From positions 1-13,002 of the forward strand of contig JBFWRP010000051.1 of the NCBI GenBank assembly GCA_050248855.1: a stretch of DNA of 13,002 nucleotides. Direction: 5' to 3'. Numbering within the stretch: position 1 is the first letter of the stretch; the number at the start of each line of letters is the position of its first letter. Of this stretch, positions 1 through 9,084 are shown piece by piece. The position numbers were made by a program, and so were the translations under genes. The notes beneath the pieces were generated by a model. It searched no databases. It was not told where the DNA came from and worked only from the letters and a program-made list of their open reading frames with translations. This stretch comes from Planctomycetota bacterium (GTDB lineage: Bacteria > Planctomycetota > PLA2 > JAEUHO01).

Positions 1-181
1 CAGGAGCAACGGGCTCGTCGGGGACACCGACAAGGGAGGGGCCCGGCGCGTCCGCGTCGAGCTCGCGACCCACGCTTGGCCGCGCGTCCTCGGGCGGCGG
101 TGCCCGGTCGCGCGAGAGGGCCACCAGGACGCCCGCCCCGGCGCCGGCCAGACCACAGAGAGCCACGATCCACGTCCGCAT
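1..181 (-). CDS. 5' part of an exported or membrane-anchored hypothetical protein (runs off the left edge)
   Basis: Not in the ORF track. ATG at 181-179 is preceded by GGGAGG on the minus strand. Manual translation MRTWIVALCGLAGAGAGVLVALSRDRAPPPEDARPSVGRELDADAPGPSLVGVPDEPVAP stays open to the edge, with a basic-then-hydrophobic N-terminus and a Pro-rich linker. Confidence 0.7.
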   Translation of the reverse strand, partial: MRTWIVALCGLAGAGAGVLVALSRDRAPPPEDARPSVGRELDADAPGPSLVGVPDEPVAP

Positions 182-205
182 GGGCCTCCCCCACACCTCG
201 TGCTG

Positions 206-233
206 TTCAACGCCGGAGAGGGAAGCGGGTTCG
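206..233 (-). promoter_or_regulatory. Candidate ECF sigma-factor promoter for the 1..181 gene
   Basis: Minus strand reads CGAAC-N16-CGTTGAA (GAAC-N17-GTT), about 25 nt upstream of the ATG, inside the 60-bp gap after the RHH gene. Confidence 0.45.
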
Positions 234-241
234 GAGTCTCG

Positions 242-481
242 TCAGGGGCCCGGTGATTCCGGCCCGCGGCCCTCGGCCCCCCCACCCCCGCGGCGGCGGA
301 GGGCTTCGCGCAGGACGAGCTCGATCTGGGCGTTGAGGCTGCGCAGCTCGGTGGCGGCGATGCGCTTCCAGGCGTCGAGCAGGTCCGGAGGCAGGCGGAG
401 CAGGAAGGCCTTCCGTTCGCCCGGAGCGGGGCGTTCGTCGGGCTCGTTCCGGGGTGCTGCCTCCGGACGCTCGTCGGTCAC
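242..481 (-). CDS. Arc/MetJ-like ribbon-helix-helix DNA-binding protein (79 aa)
   Basis: This is the C-terminal part of the 242..1255 track ORF. The GTG start at 481-479 overlaps the SPFH stop (GTGA). [39 protein letters not shown] is the typical Arc-family beta-strand plus two-helix pattern, including RS(L)N. Confidence 0.85.
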   Translation of the reverse strand: MTDERPEAAPRNEPDERPAPGERKAFLLRLPPDLLDAWKRIAATELRSLNAQIELVLREALRRRGGGGAEGRGPESPGP

Positions 482-1428
482 GTGTAGAGCGAACCCGTGT
501 TGACGACGGGCGTGGTCTCCGACTCGGAGCAGAGCACCACGAGCAGGTTGCTGACCATGGCGGCACGACGCTCGTCGTCCAGATGCACGATGTCGTGCGC
601 CTGCAGGCCGTCGAGCGCCATCTTCACCATGCCCACGGCCCCGTCGACGATGCGCGCGCGGGCGTCGATGATGGCCTCGGCCTGCTGGCGGCGCAGCATG
701 GCGCCGGCGATCTCGGGGGCGTAGGCCAGGTGGCTGATACGCACCTCGAGCACTTCCACGCCGGCCAGGTCCAGGCGGTCGCCGAGCTCGTGCAAGAGCT
801 CCTTGTTGACGTCCTCGCTGTCGCCGCGGAGCGAGGTCTGCCCCTCTTCCGCCGCGTCGTAGGGGTGCTTGGCCGACGTCGTGCGGATGGCCGACTCGCT
901 TTGCACTTCCACGTACGACTCGTAGTCCTCCACGTCGAAGGCGGCTTGCGCCGTGTCGGCCACGCGCCACACGACGACGGCGGCGATCTCGATCGGGTTG
1001 CCGCGCAGGTCGTTCACCTTCAGCTTCTCGCTGTTGAAGTTGTGGATGCGCAGGCTGACCTTGCGCCGCACGGTGAACGGGTTGACCCACCAAAGGCCCG
1101 GCCGACGGATGGTGCCCTTGTAGCGACCGAAGAGCGTCACCACGCGGCTCTGGTTGGGGTTGACGAGCGTGAGCCCGATGGGCACGAAGATGACCCCGAG
1201 CACGCAGACGATGACGCCCAGCGCGATGACGCCGCCGGGGAGGTTCTGTTCCCACCCCGTGGCGATGCCGTTCTCGACGACGGCCCGCCGCTGCGCGCCC
1301 CAGGCGGGAATCGCGATGAGCCCCGCCAGCAGGACGAAGGTCAGGAGCAGCATCGGCAGCCCGGGCATGGGCTTCTCGAAGGTGTGCTCCTTGGAGCGGG
1401 TCAGGGTGCCGTCGGTGAGGGTGCTCAT
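478..1428 (-). CDS. SPFH (band 7/stomatin/prohibitin/HflK-C) domain membrane protein (316 aa)
   Basis: Two N-terminal hydrophobic segments, then [46 protein letters not shown] and [29 protein letters not shown] precedes the ATG and third codon positions are GC-rich. Confidence 0.93.
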   Translation of the reverse strand: MSTLTDGTLTRSKEHTFEKPMPGLPMLLLTFVLLAGLIAIPAWGAQRRAVVENGIATGWEQNLPGGVIALGVIVCVLGVIFVPIGLTLVNPNQSRVVTLFGRYKGTIRRPGLWWVNPFTVRRKVSLRIHNFNSEKLKVNDLRGNPIEIAAVVVWRVADTAQAAFDVEDYESYVEVQSESAIRTTSAKHPYDAAEEGQTSLRGDSEDVNKELLHELGDRLDLAGVEVLEVRISHLAYAPEIAGAMLRRQQAEAIIDARARIVDGAVGMVKMALDGLQAHDIVHLDDERRAAMVSNLLVVLCSESETTPVVNTGSLYT

Positions 1429-1440
1429 GGGGCCTCCGGA

Positions 1441-1481
1441 TTTGATGTCAAAGTGATATCACTTGGATATCGATCCGTCCA
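1441..1481. promoter_or_regulatory. Triple palindromic operator array (TGATGTCA / TGATATCA / GGATATCG, 11-bp period) overlapping a candidate sigma70 promoter of the SPFH-RHH operon
   Basis: AT-rich island. Boxes lie at 1443-1450, 1454-1461 and 1465-1472, and the middle box sits in the perfect 14-bp palindrome AAGTGATATCACTT (1451-1464). The minus strand has TGGACG-N17-TATCAC with a TG extension (1481-1453). Confidence 0.65.
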
Positions 1482-1556
1482 TCGGGACTTCAGGCCCTGG
1501 ATCCAGGGACCCGTCGTGGACGGGGACGTGGGGCCGGCCCGTGGCAGGCTTCCCCC

Positions 1557-1835
1557 ATGGCCCGCGACTACAGCCCCTACCAGCAGCAGATCATCCGGCG
1601 TTGGTACGCCAACCTTGACGGCCGCAAGGTCCAGCGCCTGGCCGAGCTCGTCACCGACATCTACCTGGCCTCGGGGGCCAAGAAGCGCGCCACGCTCTGG
1701 GGCCGCGTCCGGGACCTGCTGCTCGACGACCAGACGCCCGCCGACCAGCGGGCCGAGGTCGAGGGGATCCTCGCCGCCGAGGACGTCGAGGCGCTGGCCC
1801 ACCTGGCCAACCGCCGTTTCGGCGCCGACGCGTAG
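1557..1835 (+). CDS. Small helical hypothetical protein (92 aa)
   Basis: Strong GC3 codon pattern and protein-like composition (YSPYQQQIIRRWY...QRLAELVTDIYLA). It resembles a conserved Planctomycete hypothetical family as I recall it. No SD sequence is present. Confidence 0.8.
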   Translation: MARDYSPYQQQIIRRWYANLDGRKVQRLAELVTDIYLASGAKKRATLWGRVRDLLLDDQTPADQRAEVEGILAAEDVEALAHLANRRFGADA

Positions 1836-1849
1836 CCGGGGCCGCCCGA

Positions 1850-1866
1850 CCGGCACGCCATCTGCG
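1850..1866 (+). promoter_or_regulatory. Candidate sigma54 -24/-12 promoter upstream of clpC
   Basis: CCGGCACGCCATCTGCG has correct GG-N10-GC spacing and matches GGCACG...TGC of the YTGGCACGNNNNTTGCW consensus. Confidence 0.35.
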
Positions 1867-1917
1867 CCGAGGACCTGCGGTCCTCCCCAGGGCGTCCGGA
1901 ACGTGCCAACGCGGCAT

Positions 1918-1946
1918 GGAAACGATGCGCGGGGTGGACGCGTCAA
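1918..1946 (+). promoter_or_regulatory. Candidate ECF sigma-factor promoter upstream of clpC
   Basis: GGAAAC-N17-CGTCAA, the AAC / CGTC pattern typical of ECF promoters. Confidence 0.5.
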
Positions 1947-1971
1947 GCCACCACGACGTGGGGGCGGGACG

Positions 1972-1999
1972 TTGCCCGGCCCCGGTGCGGCCGTAGGCT
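1972..1999 (+). promoter_or_regulatory. Candidate sigma70 promoter upstream of clpC
   Basis: TTGCCC-N16-TAGGCT, 50 nt before the clpC ATG. Confidence 0.4.
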
Positions 2000-2049
2000 G
2001 CCGTTCGGGGTCGCCGCGCACCTCCCACCGCACTCCCCCCGGAGCCGAC

Positions 2050-4575
<2,526 letters not shown>

Positions 4576-4672
4576 CGGCGAGGCGACCCCGGATGTGTCA
4601 GGACCCTTGCCGCGGCGCCGCGCAGCGGCAACGTGGGCAAGGTGCCTGACACGCAGGGGTCGCGGTTCGCCG
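4576..4672. repeat. Long imperfect inverted repeat (REP/REPIN-like hairpin) directly after the clpC stop
   Basis: Nested complementary blocks: CGGCGA/TCGCCG (4576-81/4667-72), GCGACCCC/GGGGTCGC (4583-90/4656-63), GTGTCAGG/CCTGACAC (4595-4602/4645-52), CCTTGCC/GGCAAGG (4605-11/4636-42) and GCCGC/GCGGC (4617-21/4625-29). Confidence 0.8.
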
Positions 4673-4695
4673 GCCGGCGGGGGGGGTACCGGGGG

Positions 4696-4746
4696 GTACG
4701 GAGTGCGTACATCCAATAGTTCATGGGATTTGCCCGCACTCCGTAC
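4696..4746. repeat. Second inverted repeat with GTACGGAGT foot
   Basis: Perfect 12-bp arms GTACGGAGTGCG (4696-4707) and CGCACTCCGTAC (4735-4746), with inner imperfect pairing ATCCAAT/ATGGGAT. Confidence 0.8.
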
Positions 4747-4791
4747 GCCGCGGGGCGTTTGCCCCCGAGACCCTGCACGACCAGGAGGCCC

Positions 4792-5997
4792 ATGAGCTCG
4801 CGCCTGACCCTCTCCGTGGCGGCCGCCACCTTCCTCGCCGCCCTCGCCGGGCTCTGGCTGCTGCGCGGCGTGCGCGACGACATGGCAGCCCAGGGCCAGC
4901 GCCTCGCCGCCCTGGAGCACGCCGTGAAGGCGCGCCCGCCCGCGCCGACGCCCGCCGCGACCCCGCCGGCCCTTCCCGCCGACACGGCCGTGACCCTCGA
5001 CAAGCTGGCCCGCTCGATCGAGGAGATCGACGAGAACACGTACGACTACTTCACGACGAGCCAGCAGGACATCTACGAGATCAAGCGGGCCCTGGGCATG
5101 CTGCGCGGCCACCTCACCCGGCTGCAGAACCAGCTGGCCGAGGGCCACGGCTTCACGAACACGGCGCTGCCGCCCAAGGGCGCTCCGCTCGGGCAGGAGG
5201 ACATCCGGCGACTGGCCGAGCTGGCCGCGAAGCGCGGCGTCAAGGTCGAGCCGGGCCGCGTCACCGTGCGCGGCTTCCTCAACATCGCGCCCAACACGAA
5301 GATGCCCATCGAGTACTTCGTGACGCGCTTCCCCGAGTCGGGCCACGAGACGATGGTCCACGTGCTCGGCGACAAGACGCTGGACCAGATCCAGGAGCGC
5401 CCGCACGAAGCCGCCAAGGGCATGGGCCTGGGTGTGTACATGGGCCTGCTCGCGGCGGGCTTCCGCGAGGGCGAGCCCTTCCGCCCCGACCCGGAGAGCT
5501 CACGCGACAAGCCGGTGTGGCTCCTGCCCGACGGGGACGTCGTCTACCTCTACGTGCGCTACACGCTGCACGACGAAGAGCACTTCGTGCCGGCCTCGGA
5601 GTGGGTGCTCGACCCGCAGACGGGCACGCACTTGCCCGAGGACGCCTTCCGCTTCACGGGCTCCTACCGCGTCGAAGATCCGGAGACCGGGGAAGAGACG
5701 GTGGCGGCCGAGCAAGGCGGCCTGCTCGTGAGCGTCTGGCCCAACCGGGTCGCCCTCGTGGAGGTCGCGCTGGAAGGGGCGTTGCGAAACGACTACGCGT
5801 ACAACACCGAGCGCATCCCCGACGTGGCGGGGCGCAAGGAGCCGCTCTACCTGGACCTCGTGTTCTCGAAGACCCCGCTCACCCTGGCGGACCTGGCCAC
5901 GAGCTCCGACGGCGACGCCGGGGAGCCCGCCGGCGACGAGGACGGCGGCGAAGCCGGGGGCTCCCGTCCGGACGGGGGGGCGGCCGAAGGGGAGTGA
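4792..5997 (+). CDS. Membrane-anchored protein with a coiled-coil region and a C-terminal YdjY-like domain (401 aa)
   Basis: The start is placed at ATG 4792 after AGGAGG because the track start 4723 lies inside a hairpin. It has an N-terminal TM/signal segment, a Pro/Ala linker and a helical region. IEYFV...HET...GLLAAG...GEP...PDGD.VYLYV...PASEWV...FRFTGS resembles YdjY-domain proteins (recognition by eye). Confidence 0.7.
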   Translation: MSSRLTLSVAAATFLAALAGLWLLRGVRDDMAAQGQRLAALEHAVKARPPAPTPAATPPALPADTAVTLDKLARSIEEIDENTYDYFTTSQQDIYEIKRALGMLRGHLTRLQNQLAEGHGFTNTALPPKGAPLGQEDIRRLAELAAKRGVKVEPGRVTVRGFLNIAPNTKMPIEYFVTRFPESGHETMVHVLGDKTLDQIQERPHEAAKGMGLGVYMGLLAAGFREGEPFRPDPESSRDKPVWLLPDGDVVYLYVRYTLHDEEHFVPASEWVLDPQTGTHLPEDAFRFTGSYRVEDPETGEETVAAEQGGLLVSVWPNRVALVEVALEGALRNDYAYNTERIPDVAGRKEPLYLDLVFSKTPLTLADLATSSDGDAGEPAGDEDGGEAGGSRPDGGAAEGE

Positions 5998-6019
5998 CCT
6001 CCCCCTCGGGACGCCCCGG

Positions 6020-6047
6020 GGAACGCACTTGCCCTTCACGGCGTCTA
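6020..6047 (+). promoter_or_regulatory. Candidate ECF sigma-factor promoter upstream of the 6148..9743 gene run
   Basis: GGAAC-N17-CGTCTA in the 150-bp intergenic gap. Confidence 0.5.
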
Positions 6048-6147
6048 CCCGGCTTCCCCACCTCGACGCCTTCAACTTCGGCGATCCCAAGCCGTAGGCC
6101 TTGCCGACCGATCCACTTGCCGATGGCCTCCTCGCGGGCCGCCTCCC

Positions 6148-7131
6148 ATGACCCTCCCGACCACCCCCACCCCTACCGCAACGACCTGGGCCGACTCGGC
6201 CGCGGGGCTGGCGCGTCGCGTCAACCGCCGCAGCGTCGTGGAGTCCGCGCTCCGCGCCGCCGGCCCCTGGCTGTCCGTGGGTGGAGCCCTGGCCGTGGCG
6301 GCCCGGGCGGCCGGCGCGGAGACCGCCGTCGTGGCGACGTTCGCCGGCGCCGGTCTGGTCGTGGGCACGCTGCGGGCCGTCCTGGCGGGCCGCCACGCCC
6401 CGCGGGTCGCCCCCGGGGACGCGGCCTGGGCCCTGGACCGCCTCGGCCGCCTGGGCGAACGTGGGCTGGCCGCCGCGACGCTGGCACCCGGCACGGTCGC
6501 GGAGCCGCCCCCCGTCCCGCCGGCGCCCGGCTTGAGGCCTCCCGGTGGCCTCGCCCTGGCGCTTGCCGGCGTCCTCCTGGGCGCCCTGGCCTTCGTCGCC
6601 CCGCAGGCGGCCGACGACGGCGACCCGGGCGATGCAACGGCCCCCGCGGGCCACGGATCCGGCTCGGGGGCGGGCTCGGACGGGGCCCCGGCCCCGCGCA
6701 ACGGCTCGTCACCCGCGGCTCCCGGGCCGAACGGCGATGCGACGCCCGACGCCGATGCGACGCCCGCACCGCCCGCGGACCCCGACACCGTCCCCGCGTC
6801 ACCGCTCGACGTGGCCCGGGCCGCGCTGAACCTGCCGCCGGAGCGCCCGTTCGATCGTGCGGACCTGATGGCCCGGCTGGCCGATCCGGCCGCGCGCGAG
6901 CGGCTGGCAGCGGCCTTGGCCGGGCACCCGGTGGGCACCCTTCTCGCGGAGGGTGATAATGCCGCGGACTCCGCCGCCGCGGCACTGCTCGCCGAGCAGG
7001 CCCACGAGGCGGAGGCGCTCGAACGGGCGCGGCGGCGTGCCGCTGCGCGCGCGTTGGCCGTGGGCACCGAGCCGGTCCCGCTGGCGCGTCGCCCGCTCGT
7101 CGCCCGGTACCTCGAACGGCTCGAACGCTGA
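6148..7131 (+). CDS. Hypothetical membrane protein with a Pro/Gly/Asp-rich linker (327 aa)
   Basis: About three hydrophobic segments, a low-complexity linker and a helical C-terminus. It fills the gap exactly. The start is uncertain because there is no SD. Confidence 0.7.
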   Translation: MTLPTTPTPTATTWADSAAGLARRVNRRSVVESALRAAGPWLSVGGALAVAARAAGAETAVVATFAGAGLVVGTLRAVLAGRHAPRVAPGDAAWALDRLGRLGERGLAAATLAPGTVAEPPPVPPAPGLRPPGGLALALAGVLLGALAFVAPQAADDGDPGDATAPAGHGSGSGAGSDGAPAPRNGSSPAAPGPNGDATPDADATPAPPADPDTVPASPLDVARAALNLPPERPFDRADLMARLADPAARERLAAALAGHPVGTLLAEGDNAADSAAAALLAEQAHEAEALERARRRAAARALAVGTEPVPLARRPLVARYLERLER

Positions 7132-7173
7132 CGTAGGCCGCCGCCCGGCGCCGCCGTCAACGAGGAGAGCCAC

Positions 7174-8436
7174 GTGCCCGAGGCTTCGTCGCAGCACCCG
7201 TCGCCGCATCCCCGGGTCGGGGTGTGGCTGGTCGGGGCATGCGGCGCCGTGGCGACGCTGACGGTGGTCGGGGCGCGCGCGGTCGCCAAGGGCTTGCGCC
7301 GTCCCGTCGGCCTGCTCACCGAGACGCCCCTCTTCCAAGGCCTCGGGCTGCCGGCGCTCGGCGACCTCGTCTTCGGCGGCCACGAGATCCGCGACACGGA
7401 CCTGCACTGCGCGGCCCGCGAGTTCGCCGAGCGCTCCGGCATCCTCGACCCGGCCCTGCTCACCGTGCTCGCCGAGGACCTGGCCCTGGTCGACCGCGAG
7501 ATCCGCCCGGGCCACCTGGTCAACCCGAGCCACGCGGTCCTGGACCTCGTGCCGGACGCGCCGGGCGCCGCGGTCCGCTCGCCGCGCGCCATCGTCGAGG
7601 CCATCCAGCGCGACGTGGCTTCCTTCCGCGAGCGCAACAAGCTCACGCACGTGGTGGTGGTCAACATCTCGAGCACCGAGCCGCCCCATCGCCTGCCCAT
7701 CGAGTACGGCGACCTCGACGCCTTCCGCGCCATGCTCGACGAGCCCGCGCCGCGCGAAGGGCTGACGGCGGGCGTGCTCTACGCCTACGCGGCGCTCGAC
7801 GCCGGGCACCCGTTCGTCAACTTCACGCCCTCGCCGGGCAGCACGATGCCGGCGCTGCGTCGCCTGGCCGACGAACGCGGCGTCCCCCACATGGGCAGCG
7901 ACGGCAAGACGGGCGAGACGCTCGTCAAGACCGCCCTGGCCCCGCTCTTCGCAGGTCGCGCGCTCCGCGTGCTCTCCTGGGAGGGCTACAACATGCTCGG
8001 CAACCGCGACGGGTTCGTGCTGAACGACCCCGAAGCGAAGGAGAGCAAGACGCAGAGCAAGGACCGCGCGCTGCGCCAGATCCTGGGCGACGAGAACACG
8101 CACAGCAAGGTCACCATCGACTACGTGCCCAGCCTCGACGACTGGAAGGTGGCCTGGGACTACATCCACTTCGAGGGCTTCCTCGGCGCCAAGATGTCGA
8201 TGCAGTTCACGTGGCAGGGCAACGACTCGGCGCTGGCCGCACCGCTCGTGCTCGACCTCGCGCGCTTGGCCGCCTTCGCCCAGATGCAGGGCGAGTCGGG
8301 CCTCATGACGCACACGGCGGCCTACTTCAAGAGCCCGGCCGACGTCGAGGAGCAGACCTTCGTCAAGCAGCTGCAACGGCTCGAGGCCTACGCCACGCAG
8401 CACCGCGAGCGTCTGCGCCGTCGCGCAGGCCAGTAG
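7174..8436 (+). CDS. ino1: myo-inositol-1-phosphate (inositol-3-phosphate) synthase (420 aa)
   Basis: GTG start after GAGGAG. Motifs are the Rossmann VWLVGACGAVA, VVNISSTE, YAYAAL, NFTPS, GSDGKTGETLVK, NMLGNRDG, DYVPSLDDWK, DSALAAPLVLDL and YFKSP. Confidence 0.95.
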   Translation: MPEASSQHPSPHPRVGVWLVGACGAVATLTVVGARAVAKGLRRPVGLLTETPLFQGLGLPALGDLVFGGHEIRDTDLHCAAREFAERSGILDPALLTVLAEDLALVDREIRPGHLVNPSHAVLDLVPDAPGAAVRSPRAIVEAIQRDVASFRERNKLTHVVVVNISSTEPPHRLPIEYGDLDAFRAMLDEPAPREGLTAGVLYAYAALDAGHPFVNFTPSPGSTMPALRRLADERGVPHMGSDGKTGETLVKTALAPLFAGRALRVLSWEGYNMLGNRDGFVLNDPEAKESKTQSKDRALRQILGDENTHSKVTIDYVPSLDDWKVAWDYIHFEGFLGAKMSMQFTWQGNDSALAAPLVLDLARLAAFAQMQGESGLMTHTAAYFKSPADVEEQTFVKQLQRLEAYATQHRERLRRRAGQ

Positions 8437-8457
8437 CCGCTGGGCTCTCCACGCGCC

Positions 8458-9084
8458 ATGCCCGTCGACACGACGCTGGCCTTCCTGCCGCCGGGCGGGT
8501 TCACGGTGCTGGCGATCCTGCTGCCCGTGATGTTCGCCGACCTCCTGCAGGACAAGCCGCGGCGGGTGTGGCTCGTGCTGGTGGGTCTCGCGCTGGGGCT
8601 CCTTGCCTTCGACCTCGCGCGCTTCGACCACGGCTGGGGCCGCGAGCTCGGCGTCGGCGCCCTGATCATCGCGCCGCTCTTGATCATCTTCGGCGGCTCG
8701 GCCTGGGCCGTGCGGCGCTTCTACGGCTGGCCGGACCTGGGCGACGGGCTGCCGCGCGCGGCGTTCGTGTCGCTCTTCATCGCCGCGGGCATGTTGCTCG
8801 GCACGCGCCAGCACCAAGCCGACATCGCGGCGACGCAGGCGCTGGCCGACGCGAAGGCGTTCGACGTGAAGGTGCCCGCGGCGGAGCTGCCCGCGACGCG
8901 TCTGGGCTGGCTCGCGCCGCCGCGGCTGCGCCGCGGGACGACGACCGACGGCGAGCTCGTCGTGGCGTTCCCGCTCGCAGAAGGCACGGGCGCGGCGTGG
9001 CGCTACCGCCGTGCGGGGAGCGACGCCTGGGCCACGTCCGCGAGCGCCCCGCCCGTGGACCGCTTCGAGGACGGCGCGCCGTGA
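8458..9084 (+). CDS. Hypothetical membrane protein, about 4 TM helices plus a soluble C-terminal domain (208 aa)
   Basis: Four hydrophobic stretches in the first ~120 aa and a GC3-rich frame. The stop overlaps the thiE start (GTGA). Confidence 0.8.
   Translation: MPVDTTLAFLPPGGFTVLAILLPVMFADLLQDKPRRVWLVLVGLALGLLAFDLARFDHGWGRELGVGALIIAPLLIIFGGSAWAVRRFYGWPDLGDGLPRAAFVSLFIAAGMLLGTRQHQADIAATQALADAKAFDVKVPAAELPATRLGWLAPPRLRRGTTTDGELVVAFPLAEGTGAAWRYRRAGSDAWATSASAPPVDRFEDGAP

Noticed and set aside
242..481. RHH gene as the antitoxin of a toxin-antitoxin pair
   Set aside because: No adjacent toxin-like ORF. Its coupled partner is the SPFH gene.
482..1255. 337-aa version of the RHH ORF
   Set aside because: The upstream part is an off-frame reading of the SPFH gene. 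Only 242..481 is protein-like.
454..2049. 532-aa N-terminal extension of ClpC in the 454..4575 track ORF
   Set aside because: It is the antisense of the SPFH gene plus an off-frame pass through the 92-aa gene. The canonical ClpC N-terminus and an RBS are at 2050.
6736..6767. Direct repeat GATGCGACGCCCG x2
   Set aside because: It encodes DATPDADATP inside a low-complexity linker, which is ordinary slippage.
7224..9080. Apparent long fusion upstream of thiE (7224..9743)
   Set aside because: Arg/Gly/Ala-rich off-frame translation of ino1 and the 208-aa gene. thiE starts at the GTGA overlap.
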